This document shows, piece by piece, positions 53,401 through 61,228 of a stretch of 64,000 nucleotides of DNA. Origin of the DNA: an uncultured Anaerolineales bacterium (GTDB taxonomy: Bacteria; Chloroflexota; Anaerolineae; B4-G1); assembly GCA_964551295.1 (NCBI GenBank), contig CAZKDJ010000002.1, forward strand, positions 1,096-65,095, given 5' to 3'. Position 1 is the first letter of the stretch. Each line of letters opens with the position of its first letter. The notes beneath the pieces are model-generated. The model saw only the letters and a list, made by a program, of their open reading frames with translations. It ran no database searches and was not told where the DNA came from. Both the position numbers and the translations under genes were made by a program.

Positions 53401-53698
53401 GGAGATGGAGGAGGGCTACAAGGTGTTCGTGCACCTGTACGACGAGGAGGGGAACATCCTGGCACAGCGGGACCGCATGCCCGGGCTGGGCGCGCGGCCG
53501 ACCAGCGGGTGGCAGGCGGGCGAGGTAGTCGCCGATCGCCTCACCGTGCCGGTCGACTCCGAGGTGCCGGTGGGCAGATACCGCCTGGCCGTGGGGCTGT
53601 ACGACGGGGGAACGGGAGATCGTTTGCCGGTCTATGGCCCGGATGGAGAGCAATTGCAGGAGGGCCGGGTCTTTATTGGCCATGTGGGGGTGGAATGA
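50426..53698 (+). CDS. GT-C-like membrane protein, class A-long, with 3 C-terminal modules; paralogue of 35919..39218
   Basis: ATGA overlap with the upstream gene. VASDELRWTCRSIAF...HPGVVTTW. Modules contain ILEWEAVQPLQRDYSLFLHLYD, LRLYWQALAEMAQAYRLQLAL and VKLYWQARREMEEGYKVFVHLYD. Confidence 0.82.
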   Translation: MSQALRLEVAAVLLILAASLVLRLLDLDAFVASDELRWTCRSIAFRQALRQRDWPGTFRVGHPGVVTTWLGALFIPRNDVRALETCRATGDAKNPETAGDTPAEQTERLRELGRLLFAGRVGIALATWLCIGVLYLLTRLIWGPKVALVGLILVALNPFYLAHSRFIHLDAVLAGLMVVSLLNFLVSRQSARPGRWRLAFVALSGGVGGLACLQKSPALFLALFVGLVLVADVLRNGVSRRRILEASRDLALWGLAAGVVYVALWPAMWIDPLGTVGRVLDTAIGYAEEGHEPGNFFLGRPVHDPGWAFYPTAVLFRTTPLALLGLIGGLIGMARVGKGERRLGLALLLLYSLLFGIFMGLGKKMFDRYLLPIFPPLEIVAAAGLVWMGEALWARLPGRLRPLLLTGLPVYLIVLIVRLVLVLPHHPHYLTYYNPLLGGAPRARQVLLMGWGEGYGEAASYLNAQPGAQDLQATVPGFPVFAALFRGETRDMRWYSVWESDYVLAYVSQVQRERDKVSTTEYYDDPQVQPEHVVTLHGVDYVWIYRNEHHLKPLRYLEEHGRPAQGECLLVNGGSLIAENYGGGLPVYAFRAQWVPSQKAYVYWSAEQVAALVDDMSGDCRRVWYVRYPEHEEEAYLDVLRTRAVQLERATFPHVEIGLYQFVEQLVEPRQFDLQFESLRLRSYALTNPPPAWGRDGGVILEWEAVQPLQRDYSLFLHLYDGHGQRIAQTDSLLIDRRLRPTSQWEPGTPNRVLYHVSIPPGIPPGRYELELGVYLLETGERLDLSDTGESSFRLALEVGVPDVQPDASDLAIPHPAARDVLPELRLLGYDLERDAVLAGEGVTLRLYWQALAEMAQAYRLQLALQGADGQVHWQAESDLVHTDHPTTEWQPGELLHDLYPLPTDAITATGEVTIALNLLDAQGGPLLDRPVELAQLWVQSLEPSFDVPPEIDLTHQVNFGDSIIFLGYELDSESVRPGESFSVKLYWQARREMEEGYKVFVHLYDEEGNILAQRDRMPGLGARPTSGWQAGEVVADRLTVPVDSEVPVGRYRLAVGLYDGGTGDRLPVYGPDGEQLQEGRVFIGHVGVE

Positions 53699-53715
53699 CG
53701 AGAACGGCACACCTG

Positions 53716-53747
53716 TCCGTTTATCCGTTCATTCCGTTCAATCCGTT
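53716..53747 (+). repeat. Four TCCGTT motifs at 8-9-bp spacing in the intergenic region
   Basis: TCCGTT at 53716, 53724, 53733 and 53742, in gtccgtt tatccgtt cattccgtt caatccgtt. Confidence 0.7.
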
Positions 53748-53786
53748 GAATATCTTTGGGGCAGCCGATTGGACAAAGGAGCAAAC

Positions 53787-56700
53787 GTGACGGGAAACAC
53801 ATACGTTTGGCGCATTCTGGGGGTCTTTGTGGCCCTGTTCGCCGTCTACCTTGCCGTGGCCCTCGTCGTCCTGGAGCCGGTAGGGTACTATGGCACGGCG
53901 GAGAAATCCGGCTTTACCGATCCGTGGATCGAGCGGGTGGAGACGATCCTCAGCGGCGGGCTGCTGTACCGCGACGTGTTCACCACCACGCCGCCCTTGA
54001 TCAACTTTCTGCTGATACCGCCGGTCTTGGTATCCGGGCTGTTCGATCACCAGTATCTGTGGGCCACTGTATCCTTCATGGCTTACTATTCGATCTTCAA
54101 CCTGTTCGCCGCCTACGCCCTTCTGTACACGCCCGATGATCGCAAAGAGGGATATCGCTCCGCGCTCATCTTTCTTCTGAATCCGCTGACGTTCGGGAAC
54201 TCCCTCCTGCGCCGCCAGGACGAGTCGATCCTGGTCTTTTTTCTCGCGCTGGCGGTGCTGTTTTTCGCGCACCGCCGGCCGGCGATGACGGGTGTAGCCA
54301 TGGGGTTGGGCTCGCTGGTCAAGTTGACGGGAGCGCCCGTCATCCCTGTGGCGTTCCTGCAGACGCGAGATTGGAGGTATCTGGTCATCCCGGCGCTGGT
54401 CTTTGCGCTGGTCTTTGCGCCGTTCTTGATCGCAGCGGGGCGGTCGGCCGTCTTTTGGGACGTGACGCAGCGTGATACCGAGCATCCCTTCCAGTTTGCC
54501 GGCATCAGCCTGGGCCATCTCTGGTCGCGCGCCCACGATGGCGAGCTGTTGGTCGGCCTGACGACTTACTCGGCCATGTTCGTGGTGGGCGTCCTCGTGG
54601 TTCTGGCGATTATCGCCTGGCGTCCCCTGGGCCTGTTGGAGGATTTGGCCCTCCTGCTGACGACGATCTTTTTGTTGACGGCCAAGCTGCACTGCGGGTA
54701 TTTCTCGCTCCTGGTGCTGGCGCTGGCTCCCCTGGTGCGCAAGTACCGCGTCGGGGACCTCTATTTTCTTTCTGGCCTGGTGATCCTGTTGGCGGATATG
54801 CACAAGTCTCCGCTGGACGACTATGCGACTGCTTTCAATTTGATGGTGGTGGGGTTCTTGCTTCTGGTCGCGGCGATGGTCTTGATCCGCCGGTCGCGCA
54901 GGGCGGATGAATCTGGCTCCGGGGAGGTCATTTTCCGCTTGCCGGGCCGTGGTTGGATGCGGGCGGCCTATTGGGTGGTGTGGGGCGTGGTTATCGCGCT
55001 TTACCTGGCCTGGCCTCTGGCTCACCTTAACGACTATCTGTGGACCAACGACGAAGGACTGTACATGCAGCGGGCGGCCCTTGCCAACGCGGGATATCCT
55101 CTATACGCAGAGATCTATTTGAACAAGCCGCCGCTGTTGGTCTGGATATTGCAGTTGGCTTTTCAGCTTGCTGGCCCGACAGTTGCCACGGCCCGCTTCA
55201 CCGTTCTGTGCCTGACGCTGGTGGGATTTGTCGCCACGGCGATTGTGGCGAGGCAATTGTGGTCCAGGTGGGCCGGGCTGGCCGCCGCTGGTGTGTTGCT
55301 GGCATTGCCCGAGGTGCCCGCTAGAGCAAACGTCGTGATGGCCGACCTGCCGGCGCTGGCCTTGGCCCTGGTCGCTATGGCGGCAGCTCTGTGCTTTCGG
55401 CGCAGTGGGCGACGCGACTGGATGGTGCTCTCGGGAGCGACTTTCGCCGGGGCGTTGTTGATCCATCCGGTGCTGGTTTACATGGCGTTGCCGTTGGCAA
55501 TGATCCTCTTTTGGCCTGCAGACAAATCCTGGTGCAGGATCGCCCCGCTTGATGTACTCATCTTTGTAGGCACGGCGGCTGTCGCCGGCTTGCTCGTGCT
55601 TATAGCGGTCGATCGGCGCGCCTTCTTTCGTTGGGTTTTCCAGTTCAACTATGGGGCGGGCGCGGACTTGTTGGAGCCACAAAAGAACTGGGAGCGGATC
55701 ACGGGCTACTTGAAAGACATCTGGCCTTTGGTAGGGTTATCCGCGCTTTCGGCAGCGGCGTTGAGTCTTTCGCCGGAGAAACGACGTCCGTTGTTGATTG
55801 CGGTCGTCTGGTGGCTTGCCACCGTGGCCATCCTGATGGCCAGCTCGCCGCTGCAGAAACAATACCTGTTGTTCCTGGCATTTCCATTGGTGGTTATAGC
55901 CGGCGGTGGGTTGATCGCCGTAGGTAAATGGGTCATCGGGCACGTTCAAGGAGGGCGGTTCCTGCGAGGCTGGCGCGCGGTGCTGGCCCTGCTGATGCTT
56001 ATCAGCGCGGTCTTACTGGCAGTGGACAGGTGGGAGGAGACCAAGCCATATTTTGCGCTGGCGGCGGAGTGGTCCGCGGATCACCTGGCGGCCCGTGCGT
56101 TTCTTGAGCAGCAGGTCTCTCCGGGTGGATTTGTGGCTACCGATGATCCTTTTCTCGCTTTCGCCGCCGGGCGGCTGGTGCCCCCGTCATTGACGGAGCT
56201 CTCGACCAAGCAGATCAAGGTGGGCAACCTGATGGCGAACGACGTAAAGGGAACCGTTTTGTGGTACGAGGCGCAGGTGGTACTGTTCAGCACCAATCGC
56301 CTGGAGCGCTTGCCCGGCTTGGAGGATTGGGTCGCCTCCGTGGCTGCCGAGCGGCGCGATTTCGGCGAGCTGCGGGCCTATCGGCTGGAATTGCCGCCCT
56401 CGGTTTCCCTCTCCGATCCTGTGCGCCTGGGAAGCGAGATCGAACCGCGCGGGTATGCACTTTCTGGTAATGAGCTGCACCCTGGCGAGATGTTGGCGGT
56501 GATGTTGCTCTGGCGATGCGAGACGCCGCCGTCAGCGGACTATCACGTCTTTGTGCACCTGGTGGATGGAGAGGGTCGTGTTTGGGGGCAGCACGATGGG
56601 CCGCCGGCTATGGGCAGTCGCCCAACCAGCCAGTGGATGGCGGGGCAACGAGTGTTCGACGTACACCCTATTGAGGTTGAGCAAATCCCGCCGGGAAGGT

Positions 56701-56825
56701 ATCATCTGCGTGTGGGTATGTACGGTTGGCCGTCCCTTGAACGGCTGCCCGCTTTTCGTCCCGATGGGAGCCGCTGGCCCGACGATCAGGTCCTTTTGGG
56801 CGATGTTCGCGTTGTCTTGCCCTAA
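53787..56825 (+). CDS. Double GT-C fusion, class D: DUF2029/GT87-like N-terminal half plus GT39/ArnT-like second half plus 1 C-terminal module
   Basis: GTG 53787 after an AAAGGAG SD. First half has LLYRDVFTTTPPLINFLLIP. Second half has YLWTNDEGLYMQRAALANAGYPLYAEIYLNKPPLLVWIL (classic DE...KPPL ArnT/PMT_2 loop). Module VMLLWRCETPPSADYHVFVHLVD...RPTSQW. Confidence 0.78.
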   Translation: MTGNTYVWRILGVFVALFAVYLAVALVVLEPVGYYGTAEKSGFTDPWIERVETILSGGLLYRDVFTTTPPLINFLLIPPVLVSGLFDHQYLWATVSFMAYYSIFNLFAAYALLYTPDDRKEGYRSALIFLLNPLTFGNSLLRRQDESILVFFLALAVLFFAHRRPAMTGVAMGLGSLVKLTGAPVIPVAFLQTRDWRYLVIPALVFALVFAPFLIAAGRSAVFWDVTQRDTEHPFQFAGISLGHLWSRAHDGELLVGLTTYSAMFVVGVLVVLAIIAWRPLGLLEDLALLLTTIFLLTAKLHCGYFSLLVLALAPLVRKYRVGDLYFLSGLVILLADMHKSPLDDYATAFNLMVVGFLLLVAAMVLIRRSRRADESGSGEVIFRLPGRGWMRAAYWVVWGVVIALYLAWPLAHLNDYLWTNDEGLYMQRAALANAGYPLYAEIYLNKPPLLVWILQLAFQLAGPTVATARFTVLCLTLVGFVATAIVARQLWSRWAGLAAAGVLLALPEVPARANVVMADLPALALALVAMAAALCFRRSGRRDWMVLSGATFAGALLIHPVLVYMALPLAMILFWPADKSWCRIAPLDVLIFVGTAAVAGLLVLIAVDRRAFFRWVFQFNYGAGADLLEPQKNWERITGYLKDIWPLVGLSALSAAALSLSPEKRRPLLIAVVWWLATVAILMASSPLQKQYLLFLAFPLVVIAGGGLIAVGKWVIGHVQGGRFLRGWRAVLALLMLISAVLLAVDRWEETKPYFALAAEWSADHLAARAFLEQQVSPGGFVATDDPFLAFAAGRLVPPSLTELSTKQIKVGNLMANDVKGTVLWYEAQVVLFSTNRLERLPGLEDWVASVAAERRDFGELRAYRLELPPSVSLSDPVRLGSEIEPRGYALSGNELHPGEMLAVMLLWRCETPPSADYHVFVHLVDGEGRVWGQHDGPPAMGSRPTSQWMAGQRVFDVHPIEVEQIPPGRYHLRVGMYGWPSLERLPAFRPDGSRWPDDQVLLGDVRVVLP

Positions 56826-56845
56826 ACGGCCTCTTACGTTACAAT
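56818..56845 (+). promoter_or_regulatory. Array promoter P5: TTGCCT-16-TACAAT
   Basis: TTGCCT at 56818-56823 (overlapping the upstream TAA), 16-nt spacer, TACAAT at 56840-56845. ATG 56854 follows 8 nt later (leaderless-type spacing). Confidence 0.6.
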
Positions 56846-56853
56846 CTCTGCCA

Positions 56854-58986
56854 ATGAAACGGCTCAAGTCCTTCGTTTCTCACATCTTTCCAATTGCGCT
56901 CTTCGTCGTCGCCTTCCTCCCCCGCGCCATCCGACCGGTCTCCCGGCCCCTGGTCTGGTATCTGCGCTCTGCCCACTTCATCGACGCGGTGCTGGCGGGC
57001 GATTGGGCGAACACGGTCTACTCGGAGCATCCAGGCGTGGCGCTGATGTGGCCAGCGAGCCTAGGCCTCAAGCTCTACTGGGCGCTCTTCGACATCACTC
57101 CGGCGGCCCAAAGCGTGCCGCCCGACTTTGAGCCGATCAAGTTCTTTGGCCCCGTGCCCGTGAACGAGATCGCCGCCGCGCTGCTGCCGTTGGCGCTGCT
57201 GATCTCGCTGGGCGTCGTGGGAGCCTATTTCTTGCTGCGCCGCCTCTTTGGCGCGCGAGTCGCCGCGGTCGCCGCCCTGCTCCTGGCCCTCGATCCCTAC
57301 TACCTGGCCCAATCCAAGATCCTCCATCTGGATGCGTGGCTGGCGACGTTGATGCTGCTCTCGGCGCTGGTATTGCTCCTGTACTGCCGTGAGCGCCGCG
57401 CGCGCTGGCTAATCCTTTCGGCTGCGTTAGGCGGGCTGGCCCTCCTGACCAAACCTACTGCCTTGTTTCTAGTTCCCTTTGGTGGCCTCGTTCTCCTGGT
57501 CAACGCGGCACGCAGCACGCAGCCGAGTTGGACTCTGCGCAATCTCCAATCTCTAATCTCCAGTCTCTTTGTCTGGCTCCTCATCGCCGCCCTCATCTAT
57601 TTCGCCCTCTGGCCCGCCATGTGGGTGGACCCGGTGCGGGCACTGAAGGCAATTGAGGGGGGACTGTCTCGCCACGTGAGCAGCGCCCACGACTCGCCGA
57701 CCTTTTTCCTAGAGCAGGTCACGTACGAGGATCCCGGGCCGGTGTTCTACCCTGTTTCGATGCTCTTTCGCACCGGCGAGGTGGCGCTGCTCTTTTCGCT
57801 CGTCGCGGGGGTTTTGGGCGTGGTCTATCTACTCCGCCGCCGCCGGCTTTCGCAAGCCGGGGTTGATTATCTGCTTCTCCTGGCTTACATCATCTTCTTC
57901 CTGGCTCAGATGAGCCTGGGGGCGAAAAAGATGCCGCGCTACGTCCTGCCGGCCGTCTTGGCGCTGGACGTGCTGGCGGCAGCGGGAATCGTCGTCTGGG
58001 CGCGCGCGCTGGCAGGCAGGTGGCGCGCCTTGACACTGGTCTTGATGGCGCTCCCTGTGCTGGTTCAGGCTGCGCTGGTTTTGCCGCGCCATCCCTATTA
58101 CGGCACGGCCGCCAACTGGCTGGCCGGCGGCCCTCAGGCAGCCGCGCGCGCCATCCTCACCGGCGAGGAGGGCGAAGGACTGGCAGAGCTGGCCGCGACG
58201 CTCAACGCCCGCTCCGATGCGGAGGAGTTAACTGTCGCAGCGCAGCTCAAGCACGTGTTCAACCAGTGTTTTCGCGGCGCTACGTTGGATATTCACGAGC
58301 GCCCGGCCGACTATTTTGTCTTTCACCGCAACTATACCGTGCGCGATTACAAGATCGAGCAGTGGGATGCATTGTGGGAGCGGCACGCTGCTCGCACGCC
58401 GGAGCGGCAGATCGACTTTGATGGCGTGCCCTACGCCTGGCTCTATGCGGCGGTGCCCGCCGAGGCGGAACCCGAGCACGCACTGGAGGTTCACCTGGGC
58501 GACCGGCGGCGCTTCCTGGGACACGACCTACGCTCGACGGAAGTGGCCCCCGGCGACCGCGTTCCGCTCGTGCTGTATTGGCAGGCGGTGGAAGCGAGTG
58601 AGGATGACCTGAGCATCTTCCTTCACTTGATGGGACCAAGCGGTGAGTTGATCTGGCAGGACGACGGGGCGGCTGCCCACGGCACGCGCCCCACGTGGAG
58701 CTGGGAGATCGGTGAGGTGGTCGTCGATCCTCATACGTTGATGCTGCCACGGGATCTGCCCGAAGGGGACTATCGGCTGGTGACCGGCCTCTACAACTGG
58801 CAGACGGGCGAACGGCTGCCTGCGACCACGCCAGGGGGCGAGGGGCTCGCCGACGATCAGATCGCCGTGGCCACGCTCGTCGTCCGGCGGCCGCGCGTCC
58901 ATCCGGCAGCTTGGGTCGCATGGGGGCTTGGCGGGTTGGTGCTGCTCTCTGCATTGGTGATGCCGGTTCGGAGGTCCGATGGCTGA
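56854..58986 (+). CDS. GT-C-like membrane protein, class A-short, with 1 C-terminal module and a terminal TM anchor; paralogue of 11815..13962
   Basis: MKRLKSFVSHIFPIALFVVAFLPRAIRPVSRPLVWY...HPGVALMW. Module LVLYWQAVEASEDDLSIFLHLMG...RPTWSW. Final helix WVAWGLGGLVLLSALVM. The ORF-track start 56551 overlaps the previous gene. Confidence 0.82.
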   Translation: MKRLKSFVSHIFPIALFVVAFLPRAIRPVSRPLVWYLRSAHFIDAVLAGDWANTVYSEHPGVALMWPASLGLKLYWALFDITPAAQSVPPDFEPIKFFGPVPVNEIAAALLPLALLISLGVVGAYFLLRRLFGARVAAVAALLLALDPYYLAQSKILHLDAWLATLMLLSALVLLLYCRERRARWLILSAALGGLALLTKPTALFLVPFGGLVLLVNAARSTQPSWTLRNLQSLISSLFVWLLIAALIYFALWPAMWVDPVRALKAIEGGLSRHVSSAHDSPTFFLEQVTYEDPGPVFYPVSMLFRTGEVALLFSLVAGVLGVVYLLRRRRLSQAGVDYLLLLAYIIFFLAQMSLGAKKMPRYVLPAVLALDVLAAAGIVVWARALAGRWRALTLVLMALPVLVQAALVLPRHPYYGTAANWLAGGPQAAARAILTGEEGEGLAELAATLNARSDAEELTVAAQLKHVFNQCFRGATLDIHERPADYFVFHRNYTVRDYKIEQWDALWERHAARTPERQIDFDGVPYAWLYAAVPAEAEPEHALEVHLGDRRRFLGHDLRSTEVAPGDRVPLVLYWQAVEASEDDLSIFLHLMGPSGELIWQDDGAAAHGTRPTWSWEIGEVVVDPHTLMLPRDLPEGDYRLVTGLYNWQTGERLPATTPGGEGLADDQIAVATLVVRRPRVHPAAWVAWGLGGLVLLSALVMPVRRSDG
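57543..57570 (+). repeat. Degenerate heptanucleotide repeat (TCTCCAA-like x4) inside a CDS
   Basis: tctccaa tctctaa tctccag tctcttt, at the loop position homologous to 12515-12538. Confidence 0.6.
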
Positions 58987-61228
58987 GCGAATGGCCCAGT
59001 GGATACTGGCGGTGATCCTCGCGCTCTTTGTAGGCTTGGGGGTGGCGTATGCCTTTACCACACCCACGCTGGAGGCCCCCGACGAGATTCATCACTATGA
59101 TTACATCCGCAGCCTGGTCAACACCGGCAGTCCACCGGGGGCAAAAGAGGGCCAGAAGAGCTTTAGCAATCACGCGCCGCTTTACTATGTGATAGGCGCG
59201 CTGGGTTCTGCCTGGGTGGGTGAGGACGACCTGGATACCTGGCGTACGCGCTACAACCCGTACTTTGGTTATCGCTTCGGCGACATGGGGCGGGATAACA
59301 AGAACATCTACTTTCATCCCGACGAGGATCGTTTCGGCGCCAGCGATACCTGGCTGGGCGTCCGAGTTGTGCGCGTAATGTCCGTTCTGATGAGTGCGGC
59401 TACCATCTGGGTTATCTATCGCGTCGGGCGGGAGGTGTTCCCCGATAGGCCCGAGATGGCGGTCGGAGCGGCCGGGTTAGCGGCTTTTATCCCCGAGTTC
59501 CTTTTCATCTCGGGCGCGGTCAACGATGACAATGGCGCGGCCCTCTTTGGCGCGCTGTCTCTGTGGACGATGGTGCGCATCGTGCGCCGGGGGTTTAGCC
59601 CGCGCCGCTGCGTTGGGCTGGGGGTGGCCTTGGGGTTGGGATGGCTCTCCAAGCTGACGACGGCAGCGTTGATACCGGCGGCGGGCCTGGTGATGGCGCT
59701 GGTCGCGTGGCGCAATCGATCCTGGCGAGATCTGCTTATTTGGGGTTTGGTGGTCTTTGGGGTGGCGGCGCTGCTCATCGCGCCCTGGGCTGCCCGCCAG
59801 TATGTGCTTCACGGCGACCCTATCGGCCTGGCACAGGAAATGGAGGGGTTTGGAGAGCCGGAACGTGCGCCCTCCCTGGCCGATCTGTGGCCCGACCTCT
59901 ACTGGCTGCGCACCTCCTTCTGGGGCCGTTTGGGCGCCAACCAAGTTCCTCTCGCTGGCTGGATATACATCGTGCTGGACGCGGTGACCCTGTTGGCCCT
60001 TGCCGGTCTCGTGCGGTCCCTAATCCGCTGCCACAGCCTCCTCCAATCTCCAATCTCCAATCTCCATTCCCCATTTGCCGAGCGCTTCCAGCAGTTCGCT
60101 ATCCTTGCGGCAGCTTTTCTCCTTACCTTCGGCCCCATGGTCGCGCGGCGCTTCCTGCGTCCCATGCCCAACTTTGGACGTTATTTGTTCCCGGTGCTGC
60201 CGGCTATGGCGTTGCTGCTGTTCACCGGCCTGGCGGCCTGGCTGCCCCGCCGCCGTCACGCGCTGCTGGCCTTGGGTGTCACAGTGGCGATGCTGGTGCT
60301 GGGGATCGCTGCGCTGGTCTTTTTCCTGGCGCCCGCCTATGCCCGCCCGCCTATCTATGACGCCGCTTCTGCGCCGGAGCCCAAATATCGGCTGGACTGG
60401 GTCTACCTGGAGGATGACTGTCCTATCGCTCGCCTGCTCGGTTACGATCTCGGCAAGAAGCGGGTCGAGCCGGGGGGGACGCTGCGAGTGGTGCTGTACT
60501 GGGAGGTGCTGGGCGAGACCGAGACGAATTACACGCTCTTTGCGCAGTTGTTCGGGCGCCAGGCGGCGACGGTGGGCCAGCGGGATACCCACACCGGGCT
60601 GGGTCATTATCCAACCTCCTTCTGGCAGACCGGGCAGGTGATCGCCGGCGAGGTGTTTATCCCCGTTGCCTCAGACGCCCTTGGTCCCACCAAGCTGCGG
60701 CTCGACGTGGGCCTTTACCGGCGCGGCGGTGGAGAACGCTTGGCGGTCGTGGACGCTGCAGGCGACCCGGTGGGCGCGGCGACGATCGGCTGGCTGAAGT
60801 TGAACGCTGTGAAAGAACTCCCCCCGCCCGAGGTCGCCACCGATTATCGCTTTGGAGAGTGCATTGCTCTCGTCGGCTATGATTTGGAAAGAGATGCCGA
60901 GGGAGCGCAACTCATTCTCCATTGGGCCTCCCTGGGGTCGGTGGATCAGGACTATACCGTGTTCGTGCACCTGGTCGGTCCCGACGGCGAGCTGGCTGCC
61001 CAGGCGGACGGCCCACCCACGGGCGGCGATTATCCCACGTCGATGTGGGAGTTCGGCGAGATCATCTTTGACGAGCGGCTCGTCGCGACGCAGAACCTGC
61101 CCGCGGGTACCTATCACCTGCGCCTGGGGATGTACCTGCTGGAGACCGGCGCGCGGTTGCCCGCCCTGGATGCCAGCGGCGAGCGTCTGCCGGATGACGT
61201 GGTGGAGCTGACGGAGGTGGAGCTGTGA
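58979..61228 (+). CDS. GT39-like GT-C membrane protein, class E (PDExxH first loop), with 2 C-terminal modules
   Basis: TPTLEAPDEIHHYDYIRSL...HAPLYYV. Modules contain VVLYWEVLGETETNYTLFAQLF and LILHWASLGSVDQDYTVFVHLVG...YPTSMWEFGE. 8-nt overlap with the upstream gene. Confidence 0.82.
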   Translation: MAERMAQWILAVILALFVGLGVAYAFTTPTLEAPDEIHHYDYIRSLVNTGSPPGAKEGQKSFSNHAPLYYVIGALGSAWVGEDDLDTWRTRYNPYFGYRFGDMGRDNKNIYFHPDEDRFGASDTWLGVRVVRVMSVLMSAATIWVIYRVGREVFPDRPEMAVGAAGLAAFIPEFLFISGAVNDDNGAALFGALSLWTMVRIVRRGFSPRRCVGLGVALGLGWLSKLTTAALIPAAGLVMALVAWRNRSWRDLLIWGLVVFGVAALLIAPWAARQYVLHGDPIGLAQEMEGFGEPERAPSLADLWPDLYWLRTSFWGRLGANQVPLAGWIYIVLDAVTLLALAGLVRSLIRCHSLLQSPISNLHSPFAERFQQFAILAAAFLLTFGPMVARRFLRPMPNFGRYLFPVLPAMALLLFTGLAAWLPRRRHALLALGVTVAMLVLGIAALVFFLAPAYARPPIYDAASAPEPKYRLDWVYLEDDCPIARLLGYDLGKKRVEPGGTLRVVLYWEVLGETETNYTLFAQLFGRQAATVGQRDTHTGLGHYPTSFWQTGQVIAGEVFIPVASDALGPTKLRLDVGLYRRGGGERLAVVDAAGDPVGAATIGWLKLNAVKELPPPEVATDYRFGECIALVGYDLERDAEGAQLILHWASLGSVDQDYTVFVHLVGPDGELAAQADGPPTGGDYPTSMWEFGEIIFDERLVATQNLPAGTYHLRLGMYLLETGARLPALDASGERLPDDVVELTEVEL
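60040..60067 (+). repeat. Heptanucleotide tandem repeat (TCTCCAA)n, 4 units, inside a CDS
   Basis: cctccaa tctccaa tctccaa tctccat, encoding LLQSPISNLHS. Absent from the sister gene at the aligned position. Confidence 0.7.

Noticed and set aside
22742-55025. Very long antisense or off-frame ORFs inside the array genes, for example 22742..23812(-), 26456..27868(-), 31896..32870(-), 47511..48995(-), 52460..53710(-), 53721..55025(-), 36053..37138(+)
   Set aside because: They are Arg/Pro/Gly/His-rich and low-complexity, lack SD or promoter context, and fully overlap strongly supported paralogous genes. This is expected from stop-codon depletion in GC-rich DNA.
13881-56853. Upstream-extended starts given by the ORF track (13881, 26462, 28173, 41133, 45128, 53634, 56551, and also 3610 and 8262)
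   Set aside because: The extensions overlap the preceding gene or a repeat element and encode non-conserved, Arg/Gly-rich leaders. Paralogue alignment, GTGA coupling or SD motifs support the downstream starts I report.
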